Assembly (NCBI GenBank): GCA_016432465.1
Contig: CP066690.1
Location: forward strand, 850,724 to 914,723
Direction of reading: 5' to 3'
Length of the DNA stretch: 64,000 nucleotides
Origin: Candidatus Sungiibacteriota bacterium
GTDB taxonomy: Bacteria > Patescibacteriota > Minisyncoccia > Sungbacterales > HO2-52-23
Shown here piece by piece: positions 1 to 8,987 of the stretch (position 1 is the stretch's first letter; each line of letters starts with the position of its first letter). A program made the translations under genes and the position numbers. The notes beneath the pieces are model-generated. The model saw only the letters and a program-made list of their open reading frames with translations. It did no database searches and had not been told where the DNA came from.

Positions 1-425
1 GGATTTTAACACCGACGGCGGAGTGGATTTACAAATTGGCAAAGGGCGAGAACTTTGAGTTGAAGACAAAAAAAGGATTTCAAATAGGGATTCGGATTAA
101 TGCGCCTACCCTTTTTGCTAAGGATAAAGATCATGAGACGGTTGAGATGTATAGAGACTTGCCAGTTCTTTTTAAAAAACCGGAGAATCTTGAGGGAATT
201 CATGCCGAAGACGTAAAAATTGAAGAGGGCACCTGGAGGATTGCAGGAGAATCCGGAGTGTTAATGACCGTGACCGGCTCGGGAACGACCGTGGTTGAAG
301 CTCAAAGACAGGCCTATTTGCGAATCCAAAATGTTATGGTGCAGACCATGTTTTATCGCACCGATATTGGAGCACGGTGGGTTGAGGACAGCGATAAACT
401 TCATACTTGGGGATACCTGGATTAA
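1..425 (+). CDS. C-terminal fragment of an ATP-grasp enzyme (PurD-like C domain). The 5' end lies upstream of the window, with frame 3 open from nt 3
   Basis: The tail motif GxxVLxVTGxGxTVxEAQxxAYxxIxxVxxxxxFYRxDIGxRxVE resembles the phosphoribosylamine-glycine ligase C domain. There is no start codon in the window; the ORF is open to the window edge. Confidence 0.35.
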   Translation, partial: ILTPTAEWIYKLAKGENFELKTKKGFQIGIRINAPTLFAKDKDHETVEMYRDLPVLFKKPENLEGIHAEDVKIEEGTWRIAGESGVLMTVTGSGTTVVEAQRQAYLRIQNVMVQTMFYRTDIGARWVEDSDKLHTWGYLD

Positions 426-462
426 TGACAAATTATAAATGATGAGTGACAAATAGTTTAGT

Positions 463-879
463 ATGAGGGTGGCGGTTCGACAAAAAAACCTAACGATTAC
501 GCCGGCCTTGCGGGTTTATATTGAAACCAAGATACTCAAGCCACTAGGAAGACTTTTGCAAAAAGTTGCGCCCACCGAGTTGCCGATTTTAGATTTGGAA
601 TTTGGGCGCAGGAGTCGTCATCACCGAAAAGGTGCGGTGTACCACGCAGAAGCAAATTTATCGTTGGGAAGTAGGATGATTCGGGCCGTGGTGGATGACG
701 AGGATATAAGGGTTGCAGTGGATTTATTGGAAGAAGAATTGGAGCGGGGGATACTTGGATGGAAAGGCAAGGCCCGGGCCAAATATCTTCGTGGCGCTCG
801 GCGCGCTAAAAAAGATTTAAGTTTAGATCAGGCAGCACGACTTTATCGTAAGGGCCGCATTCGTAACGAGGGTAATTAA
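463..879 (+). CDS. hpf: Ribosome hibernation promoting factor (HPF/RaiA, sigma-54 modulation protein family)
   Basis: The N-terminus MRVAVRQKNLTITPALRVYIETKI matches the HPF consensus (M.I.I.G....IT.AL...V..K). The length and basic C-terminal tail fit the long-HPF type. Confidence 0.7.
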   Translation: MRVAVRQKNLTITPALRVYIETKILKPLGRLLQKVAPTELPILDLEFGRRSRHHRKGAVYHAEANLSLGSRMIRAVVDDEDIRVAVDLLEEELERGILGWKGKARAKYLRGARRAKKDLSLDQAARLYRKGRIRNEGN

Positions 880-880
880 T

Positions 881-916
881 TTGTACACTTAAAACCGATC
901 GATTTTAAGTGTACAA
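881..916. repeat. 36-bp palindromic motif, copy 1 of 4 (TTGTACACTTAAAAcCGATCGaTTTTAAGTGTACAA)
   Basis: Near-perfect 14-bp arms around a CGATCG core. The same motif recurs at about 15064, 54672 and 63186. Confidence 0.8.
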
Positions 917-992
917 AACGGGCAGAGAGGAGGGGTTGCAGAGAACTAGCCCTTATGCTAGGTTTTTTTTAGTTATTTTGAAAGGGATAAAA

Positions 993-2378
993 ATGCCACT
1001 AGTAAAACAGCACGGAAGAACCTGGTTCCGAGAGACGCTTTTTCCGGACATAGCCCAATCATTCGCAGTAAATCGTGTACTTCATGAAGAGATCACCACA
1101 GATGCTAATGGTTGTACAATCCACGTGCTTCTGGTGTTGGAGACGCCGCGTCTGGGCCGCGTCTTAATATTGGATGGAGTGGTGCAAACAACCGAACGTG
1201 ATGAGTATCTTTATCACGAACCGTTGGTGCACTGCGCCGCTCACTCGCTTCTTAAACCACCCCAAAGAGTACTTCTTATTGGTTGCGACGGCGGTACGCT
1301 CCGGGAGGTAGTAAAATATCAATCGGTTGAAAAGATAGAGGTGGTTGATATTGACAAACGAGTAATTGAGCTGACCAAAGAGTATATGCCGTTTCTTGCT
1401 CAAGGCGCATTTGATGACCAAAGGGTAGAGCTTACCATTATGGACGGTGCAGAGTTTGTAAAGTCGAAGCGTCAAGAGGCAGTTAAATACGATCTTATTA
1501 TAGTTGATTCTCCCGACCCCATTGGTCCTGCCCGTTCACTTTTTACCACGCCATTTTATCTTGATGTAGCTTCTATTTTGGCCAACGATGGAATCGTTAT
1601 CCGTCAAACCGGGGTTACTATGTATCAGCCGGAAGAGATGCTCGCGCATGTGGTGCAGATGCTTGAAGTTTTTCCGGAAGGCGATGTGCAAATCTTCATG
1701 ACTGCGGTGCCTACTTATATTGGCGGTTATTTTACCTTTGTTGCCGCATCTCCCCGGAAAGGAATTTTTAAAGAAGCCCCGTCTCTGCTGGATGAGCGCT
1801 GCGCCATATTTCCGACAGGTACTTTTCGTTGGTTCAGCCCCCAGATGCATCGTGCAGCCATGGCTGTTCCTCCGACAATTCAGCAGGCAGTAGAGCAGAG
1901 CGAATACGGTCGGGAGCTCATTTTAAATCTCTACGGATGCGATCATGATGCTCTTACCAATCGCAATAAGTGGAAGGAGTATCTGCACCAACTTTGTTGT
2001 GAAATTGAGATGAAGCAATATGGAGCACCGATTATTACTCCAGATTTTGGGCTTGGTAAGTCTCATACGGCCGGGCTCTCAGCGGTTCAATTCATTGAGA
2101 CGAGTTCCATAACCATGCATGCCTCTCCTCACTGGCGAAGGATGAATATCAACATCTTTACCTGCAGCAGTCTCGATGCTGACCGAGCGGTAAACTTAAG
2201 TATGCGTTTCTTTGGGGCCAAGAGTGCTAAGTGGAAAGTAGAAATCCGCTGTGACATGCTCCCGAGATTGGAAGATGAGATTGTGCTCTGTACCACGCAA
2301 CGTTCGGATGATCACCTTATGACCGAAAAATATCTATACAGACGTCAGCCAGAAAAAATAGACTCCGCCACGGTTTAA
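993..2378 (+). CDS. Bifunctional fusion of spermidine synthase (aminopropyltransferase, N-terminal ~300 aa) and pyruvoyl-dependent S-adenosylmethionine decarboxylase proenzyme (SpeH/class 1b, C-terminal ~150 aa)
   Basis: The N-terminal part has the SpeE motifs VLLIGCDGGTLREVVKY (GGGDGG-box variant) and DLIIVDSPDPIGPARSLF (DxxxDxxDP). The C-terminal part has ELILNLYGCDHDALTN and the ETSSITMHASPHW autoprocessing-site region, paralleling B. subtilis SpeH (ESHISIHTWPE). The start is chosen at the ATG at 993, which follows GAAAGGGA and six further nt; the track ORF begins further upstream at a weaker start. Confidence 0.75.
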   Translation: MPLVKQHGRTWFRETLFPDIAQSFAVNRVLHEEITTDANGCTIHVLLVLETPRLGRVLILDGVVQTTERDEYLYHEPLVHCAAHSLLKPPQRVLLIGCDGGTLREVVKYQSVEKIEVVDIDKRVIELTKEYMPFLAQGAFDDQRVELTIMDGAEFVKSKRQEAVKYDLIIVDSPDPIGPARSLFTTPFYLDVASILANDGIVIRQTGVTMYQPEEMLAHVVQMLEVFPEGDVQIFMTAVPTYIGGYFTFVAASPRKGIFKEAPSLLDERCAIFPTGTFRWFSPQMHRAAMAVPPTIQQAVEQSEYGRELILNLYGCDHDALTNRNKWKEYLHQLCCEIEMKQYGAPIITPDFGLGKSHTAGLSAVQFIETSSITMHASPHWRRMNINIFTCSSLDADRAVNLSMRFFGAKSAKWKVEIRCDMLPRLEDEIVLCTTQRSDDHLMTEKYLYRRQPEKIDSATV

Positions 2379-2459
2379 TAGCCGTGGTTTTATCTCTTGT
2401 ATAATTTTTCAAACTTTGTATAATTGATAATTAGCACTCTAGTTAGGTATGGGGGGCCC

Positions 2460-2933
2460 ATGGTAAACCTCCACATACGTCTTGACCTGCATAACTGTCG
2501 CGCTGATCCAACCTACCTTACTCATGCGGAAATGGAGGTAGTAATTCTGGAATTAGTTCGGGCTGCCGGTCTTACGGTAAGACGATCGCTGTTGGATCAG
2601 TTTGGAGGAGATGGGTATAATCATCTTATTTCCATCTCCGAATCGCATGTGGTGATTGATACCTCGCCCGAGGAGCGCTTTGTGTTGATTGACATTGTTA
2701 CCTGCAATTTTACTCGTGATAACTTTGAGAAAGCGCGCGATCTTGCTAAAAGACTAGTGGCGCTTTTCCGTCCAGACCCGAAAGAGAGTACGGTTGAGGA
2801 AAAAATTCGGGGTCTGACCCCAGATAAAACCCCGCCTTGCAGAACAGTATCGCTTGAAAAGTGGCTAGCCGAAAACGCTCCGTCTACTGTTTCTACTTCA
2901 ATAACTGTCCCCAGTTACGACTGTTACGATTAA
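2460..2933 (+). CDS. Standalone SpeH-like pyruvoyl-dependent decarboxylase proenzyme (an AdoMetDC paralog, or an arginine decarboxylase of the same fold)
   Basis: NLHIRLDLHNCRAD, ISISESHVVIDTSPE and VLIDIVTCNF align to the SpeH family. Start set at the ATG at 2460 by analogy to family N-termini. It sits directly downstream of a double TATAAT box at 2398-2426. Confidence 0.6.
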   Translation: MVNLHIRLDLHNCRADPTYLTHAEMEVVILELVRAAGLTVRRSLLDQFGGDGYNHLISISESHVVIDTSPEERFVLIDIVTCNFTRDNFEKARDLAKRLVALFRPDPKESTVEEKIRGLTPDKTPPCRTVSLEKWLAENAPSTVSTSITVPSYDCYD

Positions 2934-3025
2934 ATCTTTCCAGTCCTTCGACAAGCTCAGGACTGGATTTTTTATGGGAGCGTGGTAAGCTCGTTAGAGC
3001 TTTTTAAGTGTGAGGCCTAACGAAG

Positions 3026-4003
3026 ATGGGTTTTCTATATCGTGAACAAAAGATTGGAAGCACCCAGGTGTATCATGATATGGAGGGAGAAGGCTGGATG
3101 TTTAATAAAGTTGAAAGAGTCTGTGGTAAGAGGCAGCGGATTAGAATAGGGAGACATAAGGAGTACGGGACAATGTTAGATATTGATGGTTTGCCACAAA
3201 TGGTAGAGCGAGATGACCAGTACACGCCGCTTTTTCTTCTGCCCTCGCTTTTTTCACTTTTTTATCCTAAAAGGCCAACGCAGGGGATACGGGTACTACT
3301 TTTGGGCAGCGGGGATGGAGCGGCAGCAAGGCTTCTATTAAAGTTTTCAGAAGTAAAAAGTGTGCTCTTGATAGATATATCGCAGACAGTATGCGAAAGT
3401 ACACAAAAATTTACTCCTTTTTGGGGCGGATGCGAACGGGACCCGCGGCTCACCGTGATTTATGATGACGCATTTCGTTTAGTGCCAAAACTGGGTATGA
3501 AATATGATTTTGTAGGCATTGATCTTACTGACCCCGAAGATGGAGCCATGCCAGGATACTATAGCGCTGCTGCTGATCTTTATTCTAAGGGATTAGCATT
3601 GATTTCTCCACTTATTGCGGCCGGCGGCGTATTGGTGATGCAGGCAGGAGAGCTTTCTACGAGGCGTTGGCAGGGTCATGTGCGACTTCGTACTGTCCTT
3701 CAGGATTTTTTCCCTTCGGTGTACTCCTATTCCGGTTTTGTAGACTGGATTGGTTACCCACAGTCTTTTATTAAATGTTTTCCGGAAAGTGATCGTCTAC
3801 CTTTTATCCCATCAAACTATTGTGACGTGACCCCGCATGTTATGAAATCAATTTTTCAGGATGCCTTCCATCTTGACTGTAGTATTAACCCCGATGCTGA
3901 TCATACAGTATGCAACGCCTTCCAACTTCTGCCTCCAGTGTACTCACTCTATACGTTTGCACCCCTGATAGAGGCACGCATATACCCCACAACCGCACGC
4001 TAA
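3026..4003 (+). CDS. Second, more divergent spermidine synthase-like aminopropyltransferase
   Basis: LDIDGLPQMVERDDQYT, RVLLLGSGDGAAARLL and DFVGIDLTDPEDGAMPGYYS correspond to the SpeE LDG.vQ.tE.DE, GGGDGG and DxxDP regions, but with a deviating glycine box. Confidence 0.6.
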   Translation: MGFLYREQKIGSTQVYHDMEGEGWMFNKVERVCGKRQRIRIGRHKEYGTMLDIDGLPQMVERDDQYTPLFLLPSLFSLFYPKRPTQGIRVLLLGSGDGAAARLLLKFSEVKSVLLIDISQTVCESTQKFTPFWGGCERDPRLTVIYDDAFRLVPKLGMKYDFVGIDLTDPEDGAMPGYYSAAADLYSKGLALISPLIAAGGVLVMQAGELSTRRWQGHVRLRTVLQDFFPSVYSYSGFVDWIGYPQSFIKCFPESDRLPFIPSNYCDVTPHVMKSIFQDAFHLDCSINPDADHTVCNAFQLLPPVYSLYTFAPLIEARIYPTTAR

Positions 4004-4084
4004 GCCGTGCGGATTTTATATTGTCCTTGTCTAGTAATCTATTCTATGTTATAATTAAAGCAGCCCAAAAAGGAGGAGGCGGCG

Positions 4085-4606
4085 GTGATCTTTAAAAAAG
4101 CCTGGACATTATACAGAAAATCTGATGAGTGGGTATTAAAACGGTGCGAGCGACTCGCTCATATGGCAGAAAAACATTTTGGTATCGGTTGTTTCGGGAT
4201 CGCAAAGGTGAATCTTGTCCTTTTTACTGGATGCGTATTAACGTATCTCGGTTTGGGTATTTTATATGGGCCGCTTAATAGTCCCCTGTGGCATGTGGCG
4301 TTTTTGCTTTTTTCTTTAGGATGGGGTTTGCCGTCTTTTATACACGCCTACCTTATGATACATGACATGGAAAGACTTAGTCTTACCAACTTTTCAGGTG
4401 TTAACCCGCTGAAGCAGTATTTTTTTCCGATTCGGAGCCTGCAGCGCACTTTTGCGTTTATTGCCACAACCATACTTGATATTTTTCTGCTGAAGGATGC
4501 AGAAGGCACGTCCATGATACTTTTTGTTTTTGCCGGAAGCGCGCCGATTTGGATTGGCTTTGTGTTTTATTTCATCGTCTGCGATCAGAAACCCAAGGAG
4601 GCCTGA
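4085..4606 (+). CDS. Hypothetical integral membrane protein (GTG start)
   Basis: Four hydrophobic segments. AAAGGAGGAGG Shine-Dalgarno 6 nt upstream of the GTG. Confidence 0.45.
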   Translation: MIFKKAWTLYRKSDEWVLKRCERLAHMAEKHFGIGCFGIAKVNLVLFTGCVLTYLGLGILYGPLNSPLWHVAFLLFSLGWGLPSFIHAYLMIHDMERLSLTNFSGVNPLKQYFFPIRSLQRTFAFIATTILDIFLLKDAEGTSMILFVFAGSAPIWIGFVFYFIVCDQKPKEA

Positions 4607-4608
4607 AA

Positions 4609-4929
4609 ATGTGGCAGGTAAAACCCGCATCTACAGGAAAAGTGAAGGAGGCACTTGTTACCTTGGATTCAAAAGCATACGGTTGCGGACTACCTTCCGG
4701 TCATCTGGGAGACGAACACGACGGCTATAGTTTTTTTGTCTTGGTTCCTAAAGAAATTGGCGGCAAAAAACTTACGGCTATAGAAGATATAACGTCCCAG
4801 ATGACCGGAGATCCAGTTTTGACGGCTGTTACAGAAAAGCAGCATCAATGCTGGAAAGCCAGAGATATAATTGCCGTGCCAATAAAATTTGTTTGGGCAC
4901 ATAAAGAGATCGGCCCGTCCGCTTTTTAG
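4609..4929 (+). CDS. Hypothetical protein
   Basis: ATG preceded by AAGGAGG. The ORF is compact and overlaps the upstream stop, which suggests translational coupling with the 4085 gene. Confidence 0.4.
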   Translation: MWQVKPASTGKVKEALVTLDSKAYGCGLPSGHLGDEHDGYSFFVLVPKEIGGKKLTAIEDITSQMTGDPVLTAVTEKQHQCWKARDIIAVPIKFVWAHKEIGPSAF

Positions 4930-5028
4930 CAGGCGGGATTTCCTTTTTGTTTGAGGCCCGCTTTGTATCGGACAAGTTTCTTTCTTGACCCTAGGCCCTT
5001 TTAGGGATACTTTAGATTATAAACAACC

Positions 5029-7683
5029 ATGTTTTTGCTTGGAAAATTTTTTGGAGACGCAAATGAAAGGTATATAAAATCGCTGGAACCGCTGGTACAC
5101 AAGATCAACGCCCTTGAGCGCGGTTACGAAAAGCTTACTGACGAGGAATTAAAAAACCTTACTCAAGAATTTAGGGCGCGATTTATCAAAGGCGAAACCA
5201 TTGATAATTTCTTGCCCGAAGCTTTTGCGGCGGTTCGAGAAGCGGCAAAACGCGTTTTGGGCCAGCGCCACTTTGACGTTCAGTTAGTTGGAGGTATTGT
5301 GCTTCATCAGGGTAAGATTGCCGAGATGAAAACTGGTGAGGGGAAGACGCTTGTTGCCACTCTGCCTCTTTATTTAAACTCTCTTACAGGCAAGGGGACG
5401 CATTTGGTTACACCCAATGACTACCTCTCGCGAATAGGCGCTGGCTGGATGGGTCCGGTATATGATGCGCTCGGCGTAAAAGTTGGTGTTTTGGCGCATG
5501 AATTTTCCGGAATTTATGATCTCGGACATCAAGACCCGCAGTCGCACGGGGACGACAGGCTTGGTCATTTCAGGCCCGTGAGCCGCCGCGAGGCTTACGG
5601 GGCAGATGTTACTTACGGAACCAATAATGAGTTTGGATTTGATTATTTGCGGGATAATTTGGAATATCTGCCAAGTGAACTTAGGCAGGGGGAGCACTAT
5701 TATGCAATAGTGGACGAGGTGGATTCAATTTTGATTGACGAAGCCAGAACCCCGCTTATTATTTCCATGCCCGATGAGGAGTCAGCAGAACTTTATCAGG
5801 TTTTTTCACGCATAACACCGCAACTTAAAGAAAATGTTGATTATAACGTGGATGAGAAATTGAAAGCGGTTGCGATAACCGAAGAGGGGATTGATAAAAT
5901 TGAGAAAATTTTAGGAGTTGGAAATATCTACGAAGAAAAGGGTATTAGATTTGTGCGCCACCTTGAACAGGCTTTGCGCGCGCAGGCGCTTTTTCAAAAA
6001 GACCGTGATTACGTGGTTAAAGACGGTGAAGTAATTATTGTGGATGAGTTTACCGGGAGACTCATGCCCGGACGCCGTTGGTCAGAGGGCTTGCATCAGG
6101 CGGTGGAAGCCAAAGAGGGAGTTGAGGTTCAGAAAGAGTCGCGGACTCTGGCCACTATAACTTTTCAAAACTACTTTCGTATGTACGAGAAACTTGCTGG
6201 TATGACCGGAACCGCGCAAACATCCGCCGAAGAATTTCATAAGGTTTATAAACTTGACGTCATAACAGTTCCTACGCATAAGCCCATGATTCGGGATGAC
6301 AGATCGGACTTGGTTTTTAGAACTGAACGAGGAAAATTTCAGGCGGTGGTGCGCGAGATTAAAGAAAGGCACGGCCGCGGACAACCGGTTTTAGTGGGTA
6401 CGGTTTCCATAGAAAAGAATGAACGCCTGGCTAAATCTCTCCAAGTGGAAGGAATTCCGCACGAGGTATTAAACGCCAAAAACCATGAGCGCGAGGCTTT
6501 AATTATTGCTCAAGCCGGACGCCGGGGCGCAGTAACCGTTGCTACCAACATGGCCGGACGCGGTGTGGATATAATTTTGGGAGGTACTTCGGCCTTGCCC
6601 GACGAAGCGCATGAAGTGCGCGAAGTCGGAGGCCTTTATGTTATCGGCACTGAACGTCATGAAGCGCGGCGCATTGATAATCAGCTCCGCGGCCGCTCCG
6701 GCCGACAAGGTGATTCGGGTTCTTCACAATTTTTTGTGTCATTGGAGGATGATGTGATGCGTATTTTTGGCTCGGAGAAAATCAAGCGGATGATGGAGTC
6801 TTTCGGTATTCCGGAAGATCAGCCCATTGAAAATAAAATGGTTTCCAAGGCCATTGAGGCGGCGCAGGCCAAAATTGAGGGTTTTCATTTTGACGCGCGA
6901 AAGCACATTTTGGAGTTTGACGATGTTTTAAATAAACAGCGCGATGCAATTTATAAAATGCGGCGCGAGATTCTCTTTGCGACAAACGACATGCGACAAG
7001 CGACAAGTTTGAAGGAACAGATTTTTAAAATGATTAAAGAAGAGATCATACGCCTCGTACAATTTCATGCGGTAAGCGATTCGGAGTCAGACTGGAACAT
7101 TGAGGAAATTTTTGAAAACGTAAGGGCAATAGCAGGAGTTTCTGACGAAGTGCATAAAGAACTCCAAGCAGTTGTTGCCTCTGAAGTGAATAGAGACGAT
7201 AAGAGGGAAAAAATTATTGAACACCTGCTTACTGCTCTGCAAAAAGTATATGATATCCGTGAACAAACTATTGGTTCAGAAGGCATGCGCAATATTGAGC
7301 GCGCGGTTATGCTCCGTTCTATTGATATGCTCTGGATGGATCACCTTGATCAGATGGAGCATTTGCGCGATTCCGTGCGCCTTCGTGCTTATGGTCAGCG
7401 CGACCCCCTAGTGGAATATAAAAACGAAGGCTCGCGGCTTTATCGGGAGCTTCAGGCCGCCATTCGAGCGCAGATGGTAAATACTATATTTAAGGTTGGT
7501 GGCGCGCCACAAGAGGAGCGGTCTAGGGTAGTGGAGCGAAGGCCAGATATTGCTATTTCTGCGGAGCAGAGCCCTCTAGCCTCAGCCGGTGTCACCCACG
7601 CGCCGTCAGGAAAAAAAGAACCAGGCAGGAATAATCCCTGCTGGTGTGGATCAGGAAAGAAATATAAAAGATGTCACGGATAG
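5029..7683 (+). CDS. secA: Preprotein translocase ATPase SecA
   Basis: 884 aa. DEAD-like motor motifs (MKTGEGKTL, DEVDSILIDEARTPLIIS) and a C-terminal zinc finger CWCGSGKKYKRCHG. Confidence 0.95.
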   Translation: MFLLGKFFGDANERYIKSLEPLVHKINALERGYEKLTDEELKNLTQEFRARFIKGETIDNFLPEAFAAVREAAKRVLGQRHFDVQLVGGIVLHQGKIAEMKTGEGKTLVATLPLYLNSLTGKGTHLVTPNDYLSRIGAGWMGPVYDALGVKVGVLAHEFSGIYDLGHQDPQSHGDDRLGHFRPVSRREAYGADVTYGTNNEFGFDYLRDNLEYLPSELRQGEHYYAIVDEVDSILIDEARTPLIISMPDEESAELYQVFSRITPQLKENVDYNVDEKLKAVAITEEGIDKIEKILGVGNIYEEKGIRFVRHLEQALRAQALFQKDRDYVVKDGEVIIVDEFTGRLMPGRRWSEGLHQAVEAKEGVEVQKESRTLATITFQNYFRMYEKLAGMTGTAQTSAEEFHKVYKLDVITVPTHKPMIRDDRSDLVFRTERGKFQAVVREIKERHGRGQPVLVGTVSIEKNERLAKSLQVEGIPHEVLNAKNHEREALIIAQAGRRGAVTVATNMAGRGVDIILGGTSALPDEAHEVREVGGLYVIGTERHEARRIDNQLRGRSGRQGDSGSSQFFVSLEDDVMRIFGSEKIKRMMESFGIPEDQPIENKMVSKAIEAAQAKIEGFHFDARKHILEFDDVLNKQRDAIYKMRREILFATNDMRQATSLKEQIFKMIKEEIIRLVQFHAVSDSESDWNIEEIFENVRAIAGVSDEVHKELQAVVASEVNRDDKREKIIEHLLTALQKVYDIREQTIGSEGMRNIERAVMLRSIDMLWMDHLDQMEHLRDSVRLRAYGQRDPLVEYKNEGSRLYRELQAAIRAQMVNTIFKVGGAPQEERSRVVERRPDIAISAEQSPLASAGVTHAPSGKKEPGRNNPCWCGSGKKYKRCHG

Positions 7684-7765
7684 TGACATCTCGCAATCCT
7701 GTACCGTGTCGCCGAAGGCGACTCTGGTACTGGGATAAAAAGTGTCATGGTTCGTAGGGATGAAA

Positions 7766-7786
7766 ACGCCCTTCGTTTTAAGAAGG
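7766..7786. terminator. Bidirectional hairpin GCCCTTC-GTTTTAA-GAAGGGC between secA and the downstream minus-strand small gene
   Basis: 7-bp GC stem with U-rich flank on the minus strand. Confidence 0.5.
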
Positions 7787-7800
7787 GCTATGAGAAAAGA

Positions 7801-7968
7801 TTAGTTTCCACGTCTTTGAATAAACCACATTAGGCCGTTATGGACTGCAAGCAGTACACCGATAAGAACGATAAAACCCTTGCCTTCGATTGGAAGTAGC
7901 AGTCCCAATACGATAGCAGCGATACCGACCCACATACGACCTTGATAGTTAGGGTAGTTCCGTGGCAT
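7801..7968 (-). CDS. Small hydrophobic membrane protein, ~55 aa
   Basis: MPRNYPNYQGRMWVGIAAIVLGLLLPIEGKGFIVLIGVLLAVHNGLMWFIQRRGN. GGAGG lies 8 nt before the ATG, and its own terminator follows. Confidence 0.45.
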   Translation of the reverse strand: MPRNYPNYQGRMWVGIAAIVLGLLLPIEGKGFIVLIGVLLAVHNGLMWFIQRRGN

Positions 7969-8225
7969 GACACAACCTCCAGTTGAGGTGAAGTATGCTG
8001 GTTTCAACAGTAATAGGTAAGGAAGAAAAAGTCAAGGGGTTACCGCGGAACACCGCTGAAGTAACAAAAGTGTCATGGGTCATGGGGCTAGAGTATGGAT
8101 TTGATTGACCTGATTGAAGTTCGACTTCAATCAAAAAGAACTAAAGGTGTCATGGGTAGTAGAGATAAAAAAGGCCCTTCTCCGAAGAGTTGGGCCCGAG
8201 GATGGTTGGTGGTAGTCGGGAACGA

Positions 8226-8372
8226 TTAGTGTGTTTTTGTAAAAAGGGCAAGAATGGGAGAAATCGCTACCTCGAAGACTACGTCAGCAAGAAAAATTCC
8301 GATGCCGATAGCTGCAAAAACGAACGGCTCAGGGTACAGAGCAACTAGTTGGGCAAGATATTCGGTTGTCAT
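8226..8372 (-). CDS. Small hydrophobic protein, ~48 aa. It is absent from the ORF track because it is under 60 aa
   Basis: Minus-strand ATG preceded by GGAGGAAGAG. Peptide MTTEYLAQLVALYPEPFVFAAIGIGIFLADVVFEVAISPILALFTKTH. Followed by the terminator GGCCCAACTCTTCGGAGAAGGGCC+U-run. A candidate promoter (TTGACA, 17-nt spacer, AAAGAT) lies upstream. Confidence 0.35.
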   Translation of the reverse strand: MTTEYLAQLVALYPEPFVFAAIGIGIFLADVVFEVAISPILALFTKTH

Positions 8373-8460
8373 CTCTTCCTCCTTCTATCGGTTGTACTGC
8401 AGACATCTTTACATGATTAAGATTAGTTGTCAAGTTTTTGTCGGTATGGCTTGAAAAACG

Positions 8461-8625
8461 GCTTATCCGCCGGAGGCGGACCCGCCTCTGGCGGGAAATA
8501 AAGCCCCCTTCGCATCCTCCTTCGTCATAGACTTCGGATGGACGCAGTAAAGCTTCGGAGGGCCGAGGGAAAATCCCCGCCTACGCCAAGGCTTCGGCGG
8601 GCAGGCCTGTAGTTGGTTATTGAAA
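8461..8625. repeat. GC-rich structured intergenic element with three CUUCGG hairpins. It may be a divergent member of the GC-rich repeat family at 15104, 19330 and 54725
   Basis: Locally >60% GC in an AT-richer context. Repeated cttcgg tetraloop-type hairpins. It shares ggcggataa with the 19.5-kb copy in inverse orientation. Confidence 0.4.
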
Positions 8626-8690
8626 AAGTAAAGGTGTCACGGACCAGGAGAAATTAAAAATGGGGTTTCTACGTTGTAAAAACCCCGAGT

Positions 8691-8924
8691 CTATTCGACG
8701 ATGGTGATAGTGCGCACCGTTTTTGTTCGAAAGATGGCTTCTGCCTGACACCTGTAGCATCTTACGGGAGTGGCTGCAGAAAAACGAAAACGTTCCTCTT
8801 CCATTATTTCTCCCTCTGCTGTTAACTTGCGGGTGACATTAGAAGTACCGTTTTGAAAGAACCATGTATCTAGACAACCATTTGGACATTCATAAAAAGT
8901 GCTATGTTTGACCGACTCACTCAT
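8691..8924 (-). CDS. Small Cys-rich protein, 77 aa, putative Zn-ribbon (CPNGC ... CYRC)
   Basis: GGGAGGAAAAC before the ATG. Terminator GGGGTTTTTACAACGTAGAAACCCC+U-run after the stop. Confidence 0.5.
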   Translation of the reverse strand: MSESVKHSTFYECPNGCLDTWFFQNGTSNVTRKLTAEGEIMEEERFRFSAATPVRCYRCQAEAIFRTKTVRTITIVE

Positions 8925-8959
8925 GTTTTCCTCCCGGAATCCGCACGGAGATTATACTA

Positions 8960-8987
8960 ATTATAGCAAATCCACAGAAATTGTCAA
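8960..8987 (-). promoter_or_regulatory. Sigma70-like promoter for the 8691-8924 gene (TTGACA, 16 nt, TATAAT)
   Basis: Minus strand reads ttaTTGACAatttctgtggatttgcTATAATtagTATAATctcc. Confidence 0.5.

Noticed and set aside
909-992. The track start at 909 for the SpeE-SpeH ORF, and similar long 5' extensions for 2424, 10693, 16635, 36294, 38682, 44294 and 58203-59567
   Set aside because: The track uses TTG/GTG/first in-frame alternative starts. Internal ATGs with proper Shine-Dalgarno spacing and family-consistent N-termini were preferred.
4120-4180. CTGATGAG sequence as a possible hammerhead ribozyme core
   Set aside because: No matching GAAA / stem III partner with correct helix geometry nearby, and it lies inside a coding region.
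7949-8134. 61-aa minus-strand ORF 7949-8134 and plus-strand mini-ORFs starting at the GTGTCATGG motifs
   Set aside because: The ORF overlaps the promoter region of the 7801-7968 gene without an RBS. The motif-initiated plus-strand ORFs are only 9-28 codons and not conserved among the four motif copies.
8461-8625. GC-rich element as RNase P RNA, SRP RNA, tmRNA or 6S RNA
   Set aside because: Too short for RNase P and tmRNA. None of the conserved boxes are present (GGAAAGUCCGGGCUCC/ACAGAAUCCGGCUUA for RNase P; the domain IV GGAA..AGCAGCC of SRP). Its relationship to the other GC-rich repeats favours a repeat-family interpretation.
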